Positions 13,001-26,400 of a stretch of DNA of 64,000 bases are shown piece after piece. Location: NCBI GenBank assembly GCA_030141605.1, contig JAQGDQ010000302.1, forward strand, positions 1-64,000, given 5' to 3'. Position numbers and translations under genes: made by a program. This stretch comes from Tubiluchus corallicola (taxonomy: Eukaryota > Animalia > Priapulida). The first letter of the stretch is position 1. The number at the start of each line of letters is the position of its first letter. The notes below the pieces were generated by a model. The model had not been told where the DNA came from, did not search any database, and saw only the letters and a program-made list of their open reading frames with translations.

Positions 13001-16000
13001 TCAGAATTACTTTACTGGTGTCCGTTTCTTCACACCACAACACTCACCGGAAAACCTAAATAGGCATACTTACAACAAAAGCTATTCGACTGCCTGTATA
13101 TATCAGCCCAGTTTCTCGCGTAAATATTGGAGCCGCCAGAATACCCCAGAGACCGCCACCAGCATGCACTGAAAACAATGAAAAGTATTGGAGCATTAGA
13201 CGTGAAGAATACGAATTTAGCTTCAAACATTTACAAAACTAAAACTGTGGCTTACGAAATTTAATTTGCACACTTCTGAGGAGCTGTAAGTACAAACATA
13301 CAATAATTATTGCTCTTAAAGAAGATTATAGTTGAATGATCCAATATTGAGAATTCTTTTGTCAAAAATAGGAAAGATTTTTCGCGCATTAGTCGATTAG
13401 TGCTACTTTACGCTAATAGAAATTTACTTGGATAGGTGGCCTGTTTCAAAACGAGTGTTTCAATATTTTGCAATAACAAAACATGTAATTTTTAAGAGCA
13501 GAAAGATGTTTTGATTTAACGATAACCATAACTTTTATTGCGTCATTTGTAATGGTTTTGGCAGATTTATTATATTTTGTATTTTGACAATCTGGTGACA
13601 TTATTTAATGGAAGAAATTAATCCGTGGATGTAGCAGTCAGGTGAGCAAAAGTAAATATTTAAATGCAATTTAGAACTATCTTTACATTAGATAATCTTC
13701 CGTTATCAATAAAAATTTTGATGTCCAAATTTTTAACGAAAGTGGCAAGCTTTTCCATTTTCAGTTTTTAATCACTATCATTACAGCTATGAACGAAAGT
13801 TGGTGTTGTTACAGTATTTACAATATAGTATTAAATTCTACAGATTTCGAATTGCAACACTCAATAAAGAGTACCAGCAGTAGCATCCAATGGATCGTCT
13901 ATGTATAGAACTCTGGACACAAGGTGAGCTACAAGAATGAAATTCAATCCAGCGATCATGCCTATGATGCTTGAAGCCCACGGATAATAAACATTGCAAC
14001 CGGCGCAAACAGCAACCTGTAAAAATTAAATAAAGTGAGCATACGAAGAGTAATTTGTAAAAAAAATCCAGCAATATGAAAAGAAGAAATAACATTCCAC
14101 AAAATTCGAAATGAAATAAGAAAATGCGAATTGTGGTTTTGAAAAGACCGCAACCGCAAATCTGCTTGCGTTCTTATTAGTGAATTCCTTATTTCTTATT
14201 ACTGATTATGTTGTCATTACAAAACCCAAAAAATGGCATTCGTCTCAAATTGTTCTTTGAAGAAGAGAAACCTGTAACTAGTGACCATACCTTCCTGCAA
14301 CACAACTATCTGAAGTTGCAGTGCTGTGTCTTTGGTGATATTTGTGAATTTTCTTTTGTAGTTTTTCCTGAGCTGTATATTTTTTGCATAATTAATGCTG
14401 GTGTTATTATTATAAAAGTTGCTTTTATTAATTTATTGTGCACCTTTGTTCTTTTTCCCTTTATCACACCTGTCATCCATTATCATATTAATTATAGTCT
14501 CACATATAGTTAGTGGTTGCCAGTTTCTAACCAGAATCATGCATGGCAAAATTTGTTAAATAACAAAAAAAAACTGCTGTAATTAGTAAATATCTAATTA
14601 CTTCGTCGATTATCAACTTTTAAGTTAATTTTATGTTGTAAATTTTTAATTTTTCGGCAAAGGTATTCTAATATGCATTCTACATTTTTGGTTAGTAATT
14701 TTAATCTATTTTATGTATGTTGTAAATAGATGTAATATGGTATTATGTGTACTGAATTAAAATCTAATCTAATCTAATAGGTTGTGCGTAAGTGATATCA
14801 GTCTTTCACTTGTTCTTTTTTGCCAAATTTAAATTTGTGGCGTACACCATTGTTCATGTTGTAAGATTACATTTCCTTCGGTGAGAAAAGTTTAATGTCT
14901 TTAATCAGCTGTGCTAGAGCATTCTCTTCCAAATACAGCATAGGTAATATGAGTACCTACCATCCCCGTAAGTGAGCAATTTAGTGTTGTCACTAAACTC
15001 CATTTCAACGTGCCAAGAAAACCAAACTTGTTGAACAACAGTCCAGAGAAAGCTGCAAAGCTGCCTGCGATAGTCGTGTTTACCTACCAGTACACATAAA
15101 AACATGTGGTATTGAAATTGGTTGCAATTTTAAAAATCGCGCAATTTTTATTAGCCTCATATTAGCTTACAGCATAGGCAGCTCTGGTTGTCTTTTTTCC
15201 CCAACTCAAATAACTTCAAAACACAGCCCGAGAGGGTAGAACGAAAGCAATAGATCCTAAATTTAGTTTCTCAACTAAATAAGAAAAATACTCAATATAA
15301 TCGTATCTCATAAAATGACCGCTTTCTCTCAAACATAACTCATTCCGCAAACAGTCAGTTTAAACATTACTCAGTTTAGGCCTAATTGTCGAGTTTGTTC
15401 TTGAGAATGTTCGAACGTCCAAGACTTTATGCCCATACATTTTCAGGGAAGTGGTGCTTACACTAAAGCCAACTGTAGTGAGAAAAATTTTCAACAGAAG
15501 CCAATACCACTGAATAACACAATTCAGCCCAAAACTCATGTCGTCCAAGTGGATTAACTTGACTGTATGCAGCACAAGGATAATACAGATAGGTAAATGA
15601 GTGAAAAGCTGGCTTAAAAAAATTACAATTCAGTCACAGATTGCACTAATTCTGCTACACCCCTAACGTAACTAGTTGATATACTCTTTTGCCTTGTGTA
15701 AAATCTGTTTGGTTTTCCCCACTTGTTGTACCAGAATATTAAATATGAAGTGAAATCACGCTGGGACAATGAACATTAAGCCTTACCATTGCCATCGCTA
15801 TGTAGCCTCCATCACCTTCTTCAGAAATACCTCCCTGCTTTCCTCCATTACAGGCCAGAAAGCCAAACATTAAAATGAAGCCACCAAGAGCTGCGAGCTA
15901 AAATATAACATACATAAAGTTTCCAGAGTGTTCAAGAAACGTTAGCTACGTAATGCAAAAGTAGGACTAGACGTAACCATAATTATTAAATTTGAATAAA

Positions 16001-19000
16001 TTTGAATATTAGTACTAACTGGTGGTGGTGGTGGTGGTGGTGTTGGTGGTGTTGGTGTTGGAGGTGGTGGTGGTGGCGGCGGCGGCGGTAGTGGTGGTGA
16101 TGGTTGTGGTGGCGGCGGTGGTGTTGGTGTTGCTGGTGGCGTTGATGGCGGTGGTGGCGGCAGTGGTGGTAGTGGTGGTAGTGGTGGTAGTAGTAGCACT
16201 ACTAGTAGCAGTAGCATCAGCAGCATCCTTTCGAGATAGACTTAGTGGGAAATAAATATAAAGAACTACCTATCGTTTTAGGCTGGTATAAGTTTTCAAT
16301 GGTTTTTTATTCACTTAAATTGTAAAAATGCCTATACAATTGTTTTCTACACATCAAAATAGTTTACCTGAAGTGAACGCATATTATTAATTGGTACTGA
16401 AGCATATCCTCTAAAATAACAACTCTTTTGCGGAAAATAGAAACTACCTAATTTAAACTGATGCCATCGAACATAATTTGCATTTAGTCAACTGTGCATG
16501 TGTATACATTGAACTGAATTTTTATTTGTGGCCTTTGTATGATAATGTAAAATACTTGCTTATAGTGTTTGCGTGGCCGATAATAACCACCAAAATCAAG
16601 AAGCGGCACTTTGAGACACTAGTTCCGTTTACAGGAGACATGAAAAATGTCAAACAAATTTACGGCTCGCTGCTTCAGTTGTTAACAATGTCAGGTGAAG
16701 GGCGCTCAAAGCGAGACACCACCTATGATCTGAAAACTTCACCTAAAAGGTGCTAGACGGGAATGGGTCTTGGTTCACTGAGGAAGATTGGGATAATAGG
16801 AGAACGAACTAAAGTCGAAATTTTCAGTAATATTTATACAGTGCATAGTTAATGTGCAGTGAAATTGTGCATGCCCCGGACAGATTGCAGTGGTCGGTGA
16901 ATTTGATGAATGATTCAAGATAAAAAAGTCTAACCTTCCCAGCTAACAAAGGAGGCCCGAAAGAGCACTAAAATCAAGCTTAGATTCTGAAGACAGTTTA
17001 TGCAAAAACTTCGATATTGAAGCGTAGATCCAACGTGTAATTGCTAAACAATCATTTGATAATGTCTTCAGCCCTCAGGACTATAGAGAACTATTTGATA
17101 TTAAATCTATAGAGAACTTACTGGAACAGAGTGACCTTTTATGTCCTGCACACGTCCATCGACATCAAATCGCCCATGACGAGGTCCCAGAAAAAACGCC
17201 CCGATTATTGCACACACTCCTCCTAGCAAATGCACGACACCACTGCCAGCGTAGTCCTGGAAACAAAAATTAATTGCCAGATTTACAATGGATTTTTACA
17301 GAATTAATAAAGCTAATGAGTTATGATTTATGTTAAGCACCGTATCACCTAACTACTACTAAACTGAGGAAAGAAAGAAAAAGTGAAAGCTAGTGGGTTG
17401 GTGGAACTTGAACTGGAAACACTCGCACCCCTAGGACCACCTCAGTTATAAACCCAAATGGTAGACAGACCTCAACTCTCATCCTTAGTGCACACAATTA
17501 ATCAGTGCCACCTATACTCATTACACGCGGTGGACGAAACCAATTATTTGACTTAACTAAGTTAATTTTATTGATCAATTCATTAATTATTTGTAAAAGC
17601 TAGTTGATCTTTGGTAACAAAAGAAAGTCTTTGGGTACTGCCAGACACGAAACTGATAAATCTTTACTAGAAGTTGAATTCTTGCTACAAGATAATAGTC
17701 AACAAAATAATGAAAAATGCTCCCTTCTGTTAACAAACAACACTTTCTGCCTGTGACACTATAGTGCATGATGAATAATGCACGTGTATGTAAAACAAGA
17801 ATCGCAAACAACTCTTTCCTATTGTGACATAGCAGTTCACGATAAACATTAGCAGTGAGCCTACTAATTATATGCTAATTGCTTTTTACTCAGTCTGAGT
17901 TTGCTATATGTATGTATATATATTTATCACTCAACCGATACAAACTAGTTTGATATCCGAACTAACAAGAAACCAAACTGATCCAGTGATCCTATTTTTA
18001 AATATGTTTTTAAATAAGCGCTCAAAGCCGACAAAGCCAGCACCTTTTCAAGTTCCCATCGCGATAAGCACATGTGGGAGGCGGTTGGTTCTAAATATAT
18101 TCGTTTATTGCAGCTATATAAATTCTTACTATAATATTGTCCGATTTACACCGTAGAAGTGCGACTATTGGCTGGACGAGATTTGTCAGTTTATATACCA
18201 ACTGCTGACTTCTATACTATACCATATACAATAACTGGTCAAAAAGCGAATCCTATGCAATCCTTTGCTTATTTTTTAAAGCAATGGGCCTAAGGCTGTA
18301 ACATGTAAATTCGTTGGCGTGCAGTGGCGTTAGTTCAATAACTGGCGACACAATGAAAGTTCTATCTGGAACACTCGCGCACCTGCTGATTAATCTTCAC
18401 ACTGGGGTGAGTTTTTGGAGCGCCCTGCCACCCTGGCCACAGCCCACAGACAGACGCTACAGTTCAATGTAAGGTCGTGCAAACTGACGTCTTAGTTTCC
18501 AAAACAAAGACATCACTTACATAGAACGTTTTCTGGGATTTCTTGATATTTCATTAAATTTGGGGTGGCTCTTATTGCATGGAAGATTTTTGAATATTGT
18601 ATTATTGCATATTGCATTACACATTATAAAGCTACCTATTAATAACGTAAGAACTTATTCAAATGTTACCTCGAATATTACTTGACCATCATACAGCCCC
18701 TTTTTCAACCAGCCTTGCTTCGACCACGCCCAATGTGAAACTACTGGGTACACAAAACCTAAGTAGTTGGGAAACAAATTATTATTTTGCAGTTGTGAAA
18801 ATATATTATGTTCAATTCTCCATTACAAGAATCGTAATTGAAATATCTTTGCCCATGTTTAGCAAATAATGCAAAATTTATTAAGAATTCATCATGCTGC
18901 CAACCTTTTTCGGAACAGAAGGTCATTATCATTGCCTTAACTCAGGTGTGTAATTATTTTAGACTCTGATGATGGGCATCTAGACCAAAACCAATCGACA

Positions 19001-22000
19001 GCATGATGAATTCTTAATAACTGACATACGAAAAACAATCCTATTTTCTAAATCTAAAGAATTTGGCGTTTTTTCATTTATGTCAAGTGAGTATACGGTG
19101 ACTGAACTAAAGATAAAAACTAAAAATAATAATAGTGCTTAAAATTTGAGCACTAAAAGCGATTAGCAATAAAAATAGCATTAAAATAAGAGTATAAGAT
19201 CGACTGATATGATTATAAATATTAAGATCAAGAATAAGATTGTGGTGATTAAGACCAAAATACGCTAATTTGACAAATATATAAAGTGTGGTAAAACGTG
19301 TTGTAAATGTAAGCTAAAGGTGTTCTCTGCTGTCCTCCTTGAATAAGCCATCCACCAACTTCAGGTGTTGCTTAAACTTCAACAGAAAACTGGGAAAATG
19401 TGATGAAAATTCGGCTCTCAATTAAGACTCACAGACTTGGAGACCTGGGACTGGGACTTTTTTCTTGCTAGCTTAACTGCTTTTACCAGCTACAAGCAAG
19501 AATTCATCATGCCGCCAACCAGTTTCGGAACAGAAGGTCATTATCATTGCCCTAACTCAGGTGTTTAATTATTTTAGACTCTGACAGCAGTCGACAGCAA
19601 AACCAATCGACAGCATGATGAATTCTTAATAATTGACATACGAACAACAATCCTGTTTTCTAAATCTAAAGAATTTGGCGTTTTTCATTTATGTCAAGTG
19701 ACTATACGGTGACTGAACTAAAGATAAAAACTAAAAATAATAATAGTGCTTAAAATTAAGAATGAGATTGAGATTAAGATTGATAGCAATAAAAATAGCA
19801 TTAAAATAAGAGTATAAGATCGACTGATATGAATATAAATATTAAGATCAAGAATAAGATTGTGGTGATTAAGACCAAGATACGCTAATTTGACAAATAT
19901 ATAAAGTGTGGTAAAACGTGATGTAAATGTAAGCTAATGGTGTTCTCTGCTGTCCTCCTCGAATAAGCCATCCACCAACTTCAGGTGTTTCTCAAACTTC
20001 AACAGAAAACTGGGTAAATGTGATGAAAATTCGGCTCTCAATTAAGACTTACAGATTTGGAGACCTGGGACTGGGACTTTCTTTGCTAGCCTAACTGCTT
20101 TTACCAGCTACAGCACATTGGAATTTGCTACGCAGCAGCTTCCAATGGAATTCTTCTAATTATCTTGTAAGGATAAAATCTTGTGTTACTAATCTAGTAA
20201 AATATTGCAATGACAAACTATTTTATGTAGTACAGAAAGCTTGGATTGGCATGGTTGTCCGGAAGAGTAAAATTCATTGAAAATGTTTTTACGTCGTTTT
20301 TTTATTTTATTTAAATTTAATAACACAGTTATGATAAACGATTCTAAAATATCGATTCATGATCAGCTTATTTTTCAACACTTCACTACGTTGTTTCAAT
20401 GTACAACACGTTCAAGTCTTGGCTAGTTTGCCCCATCCTTGCCTAAAATGACTTCGACCTAACTTTGGCCCCATACTTAAATAAAAGAGCTTGACCTCTG
20501 CGAACAGTGATTATTTGTCTTCATTGTTACTTAAACTCCAATTAACACTGTCGAGTTAACAGCTTAGCTATTAAATTTCATGCTGAATGTATCATTGATT
20601 TCATTAATTTCAGTTTTAAATTCAAAAACGGGGTCAGGACCTTTTTGCGTTCTTAATAGGGGTGAGCATCGAACGTTCGAGTTCGAACGTTCGAATCGAT
20701 TTTGAACGCTCGAATTCGATTCGGAACGAGTTGAATAATTCAGCACTTCAATCACGCATGTTCTTTATCACTAAAACGATTGAAACATCATGCAATTAGC
20801 ATATTAGCATAATTTAGCTGTGATTTCTGCACACAATTTTAAAGAAATTGCTAGTCGTTTTATTGCAGAACAAAATCTAGTGATATGAATGATCTTTGCA
20901 AGACTAATTTTTGCTGGTGGTTCGAAAACTTGTTCGAAAATCTTTCGATCACGATTCGAATTCGGTTCGAATTCGAAACACTGAAGTTCGGTTCGATTCG
21001 ATTTCGAAAGTCACAAATTCGGTGCGGTTCGAATTCGCTTTTTGGTGAGAATGCTCACCCCTAATTCTTAACACTGATTTAACGATTAAATAACTTTTTC
21101 TATGTACCAGTTAATTCTGGCGCGATTAAATACTGGTATTACTATAACAAAAATTTTATAACGTTTCTTTTGTTCCTGATTAACATGGGCTGGCAAGTTA
21201 GGAAACTAAAACTCGTCTTTTAAATGATCACAAATCGAGCTGAGTAGAATAAAGAGCTGACTTTTTATGGTTTTTTTAAATGGCCTAGTTTTAACAAATA
21301 AAATAATTTCAAATTTTACACAGCCAATGCACCAATTGTATACAGGGCAGCAGTGTGGTTACAGGGCAAGAATTTGCCATAGGCCTATAATATAGTAGGA
21401 TCTGGAGAGTAAAGTTCCTAAGTCTTTCAGATTGTCTTGCCACAGACCTACGAACAGCCCTCGATGCAACTGAATAGCAAAGAAAAACTCGTAACAAAGC
21501 CACATTATTATATGTAATATAATTGTGTACTAGCTGGTCAGCGCTCAAGGACATTCACACAACATCAAGCACTGCTGACAATTTTCGTTCCCTACTCCCT
21601 CAAGCGTTTAAGCTTTTCCAACATAGCCGTGGACTACTATATTTAACAATCGGAGGTTTGTATATTTTAATCTGGAAATGCAACAGTTGCACATAGCGTT
21701 TGCGAAAACAGAAACAAGCCATTTTTCATTATTGTTCGGATATTAATTTTACTGGAATTTGGATTCAACATCCATTTTAAAACAACTTATTTCAAGGCAA
21801 GTTACAAGTGAATAAAGTATTATGTTGACATGCGTTACTTTAATATGATTGCTACGGTCCCATAAAAACATTCACTTCATCCTTACAGCTTCTTACAACA
21901 ACCAATCATAAATACGTACCTGTCAGTCCAAAACTATATACAAAATAGGCAACGAAGTTGCATCTTTCAGCCATGGCTCCGGACACAATTGTTGCAGCAG

Positions 22001-23438
22001 TGGCTGCGAATACCATTTGGAATAACCAGTAAGCCATCTTTTCTTTGGTCAAGCCATAGCTGAACCAGTGGTGGTAACCAATGAAAGCGTTTCCTTCCCC
22101 AAAAGCGAAAGGATATCCGATTGCCCAATAGGCTACACCAGCTATACCTGCAAAAACATGCAAATTGCCAAACAATTCAGTGAAAGAAAATTTTCCAGCA
22201 AATTAAACCTAAATGTTTTTCTTGCTGGACTAAAAATGACTTATAGCAACCCGTAATTTTGTCCACTACTGTGTCCTTCCATATATTTTCTCACTTCTTA
22301 GTGCATCACTTCATGTTCCATTCACATCATTATTGTTACGTAGGCTATCAGTAACACCAAATTATGCTCCTGGAATCTCCATTATAGTTGCATTAGTGTT
22401 CCTGCCATCATGTGTGAAGGCCACTGTTTCTGTCAGGTCAGCATCTGTTCATACTAATAGCCACAATATGGAATTATAAAGTAAAATAAGAAACGTTAAT
22501 AAATCGAGCACGAGTGCTTGTTGAACACAGTGGGCTGAAATGCCTGCAGAAACTCTGACCAACACCACATATACCACCAACATCACCACCACTACTACAT
22601 TTATCATCATCACCGCCACGGCTCCTTTAATATAGCTGCCATCACCATTGTTATCGTTGTTTTTATAGCCAGTCATATGTGCATCTCAGTAAAAACCAGT
22701 CTAAGTTCAGTGAAAATATTTCTACGTAAAACTATTTTATTTGATTTGGTGTATGGTAATTTGCGTCTGTTACGGAATTATAAACGTACATTTGAGCTGA
22801 CATAATATTATGTGTACTTAAAAGCTGAGACTTAAACATGAAAATATTTTATGTATCATCTTTTTGAGTACTGTATGTGACGTTTTCAGTAAATTTAACT
22901 TGGGTATGTGCTATAAGTGAAGTTGATTAGTGGCCCCGACTGTATAGCCCAGGGCAGGACAGAACCAGAAACGCTGACATTACAGGTACTGACGTCAGCA
23001 AGACTGGCCTGACACAGACACGACACCAGGCCTGTTGTTGGCATACAAATAAGTTTACTTACACGCATCTAACATATTTTTGATTAGAATATTAGTGCAA
23101 TTCTTGCTACGAACAGCTCCCGCCTCGAGGAACGCAAATCCACATTGCATAACTGAAAATAAAATGAATAACTGACAATTACAAATTGTTTTAAAATTAA
23201 TTTTGTTTAGTTTAAAAACTAAAGTTATATACGGTCAGTTAGGGTAAGTCTGAGGCAAGGCAAAGTCAGGAGAGATAAAGTATGGTAAGGTAAGGTTAGG
23301 TCAGGCAAAGTATAGGAAAGTAACGTTGATTACATTGTCAGATCATGTCAGACTTTGCATCAAATGGCTCCGTGCGGGCGTTGTACACTTTCTCTTTATA
23401 GGAATTCCAAATACTGTAATCTATATACCATAATACTG

Positions 23439-23481
<43 letters not shown>

Positions 23482-26400
23482 CATCTTTATTTGTATTTAA
23501 AATAGTTCGCTCCATAAAATAAGATTGAGTAAGCCTCAGCGTTACGTTAAAATAACAACACTGTTTAAGATAAATGCGTCCAGTGCAACGGGAAAAAACT
23601 AAAGTGCTCAAACAATATATACACATATTTACAAACACAATATTTCACGTAAAATTTCACATTACATTTGCACTATGTGTACATTCAAGACATTACATAA
23701 TTATTTTCGACTATGATTCACAAACCTATAAACTTGTAACTTTCGCAACTTCAACATTATTTTTATCATGTTGTGAATTTCAATTCTAGTAGGATACTTG
23801 CTGCTAATATGATTGTAGCCTAAATTTCGGCACATTTTTTTCAGCGCCACTCGATGTAAAAATTATCATAATTCATTTACGTTTCTCATTAAGTTTCTGA
23901 AATACTTGTAGAATGTTCTTGGAAATCAATTGTTTATTCTTTCTTTATTGCTTTTCCACTACGATGCTGAATAACTCCAAAACCAAGGTACCAAGAGCCA
24001 CTAAACTTGACGTTTCACTCGTTAAACATTAATTATATTAATTGAATTTCTTTAGAGTTGTGGGTTTGTAGACAACTTTTAAAGTCTTAGCAACTTATCA
24101 TTTCAAGTGACTCTGATAAATACAATTTAAAGTTTTACGATGTAATGCATACTCAAATAAATACTTAGTCTGTAAAATTTACTTTGTGTTTCCAAGAGGC
24201 GTAGATTCAGCCTCAGAGAAGTGATGAATATTTAATACATAGTTTACGTAAAGTTTGGTTTGAACGGCTACGAAATTTTATTGGGATTAAGTGATAATTT
24301 GCTTGCTTGGAATGCCTTAAAAAGTTAATTTGTTCCCAGGTTTGTAGCATTTTAATACCTATAGACAAATAGATAATATCGATGGCAGAGAGTCAATCTT
24401 TAATCTTTTCACACAGAAATTAAGACTCAGAGCAGAGCCTAGACGAACACCGATTTTGGTAACTGTGAAGACTGACATCAAGTAACATCACTTTGGTGGT
24501 AATTTACTCATATTCCAAAATTTCTCCAGAATTTTCTGTTCGCGTCCTGCGAACAGGTTCGTGAACACGGTCGCTGCATATTTTTTTTCTGAATTTTCTG
24601 GTACGTCGAATAAATGTATCGAACCTGTCCACAGTCGTGTAGTAACACATTTTGTATGAAAATTATTACAAGCACGAAAATGAGGAGCATACAAATTAGC
24701 AAGTTACTTGCTGTGCGTTTATTAAACATTCGAAAATGAATGACTTTAATATTTAGTATAAAGTCGGCAAGAGAATATTTATTACTTGGCCACCACGAGT
24801 CTGGAATTTTTAACGCAGATCTTTCGACTTCAAAGAATAATTGACAAAGTAGCAAAGAATAATGCTGGCGAGCTGGTGTACTGTCATGTATCATATAAAA
24901 GCAACTGAATAAGCGTAAAGCTAATTATTATTGCGGACTAATTTGCTACATATCAATTTTATTGCTCCAATCTATTTTCAACGAATTTCCAATTCTTTAT
25001 TTTGCACAGAAATTTAATTAGAGGTACTACATACAACAGCTCTAACTAATCTCAATAAATGCTATCTATTCTGCTGTTATATTTTTGCATTTCCAGAGAT
25101 TACCATGGGCGCAGCTGCTAGTACATGAAGTCATTTGTTTCTTCCAACAAAAATAAATTTTCGTCGTTTAATACAAAGTACATATGTTAAATTCCTTAAA
25201 GAAATACTAATGTATAATTCGTTGAAACTTATTTAGTACAGAGATTGGTGTTACTATTCTGAGGGGTTAGAGGAACAGCCGGGATGGTTACTGCGCTCAG
25301 CGACCAAAATTAAGCAATGCTGGGCCCGGGCAGTAAATGGACGGGTGACCGTCGGAAGAAATACTTCCATGTGGTTTCGTCTCCTATACCGTTGCTCTCT
25401 CACCATGTATTTATCTCGTTGAAAGGAGAATGTATACACATCAAAATGTTACATTTCTACCGGTATAGTGTCTCACACATTTTGTCTTAGAAGACAGTCA
25501 TTGACAATGAGAACGAGCTAGATTTCGGTACCGCCACAACCAACTGTGCTATTTAAATTAGACATGCCATTAAGTGAGGGACAAATCTTGCAAATGGCTG
25601 ACTTTTTCAACGAATCTATAGTCTTTGTCTTGCAGTAATTGATACTCGTACCGAATGACGGCTACGGCGCGTTCAGACTAGCGAGTTTTCTCTCTGACAG
25701 CAAACTCGTAAGCGTGAAGTGCTTTGTGAGTTACTGCCTAGTGTGAACGACGAATCAACGAATGCGAGTTCTCGGAGCCAATAGAAAAAGGAGTGTCAAC
25801 TAACGCTCACCGAAGGGAGTAACACACGGCAAGTTTTGTTCTCTAGTCTGAACACCCTTGCGAGTTACTTGGTGAGAACACTCGCCGTAACAAATATAAG
25901 AAAATTTACTATTTCAACAAGTTACTTAATTTTTGCATGCCGTCTTGTGATAATTTAAATTGTAAACGCATTTGCGTTGCAGATTTTGCTACTGATTAAA
26001 TATTTCGATAACGGGTCACTGTGCCGTTGCACATTTTGTCCGAGCATAATACAAGCAAATATTACTTCATTGTCGTGGGGTACACGTTTTATTACATAAT
26101 TCGACAGAGTTCGAATTTTCCATATAAGCCCCAAAAACACATCAGCGATGCATATTCAGACAAACACTTTTTGCCCTTGCACATTTTAGCAGTGCAATGT
26201 AAAATTCCACAGCCTACACCAGTAGGTTTACTCTTCATATTATTTTATCTTTAAGTATCAAGGAAAAGGGGAAAGTTCTTATGACAAAGGTTTTTATATC
26301 AGAATTCCTATAAATTTTATACCAACACTAGGAATGATCTCACATTGTTCTGCTGCCTGTTTTCATAACAAATGACCAACGGCAGCGAAACTTTGCACCT

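Noticed and set aside
14914-15105. ORF-track peptides overlapping Amt exons (also 13030-13230, 13838-14159, 18663-18869)
   Set aside because: Wrong-frame or antisense readings of real Amt exons.
15942-16255. Poly-Pro / poly-Val ORFs
   Set aside because: Trinucleotide repeat inside an Amt intron; no splice or homology support.
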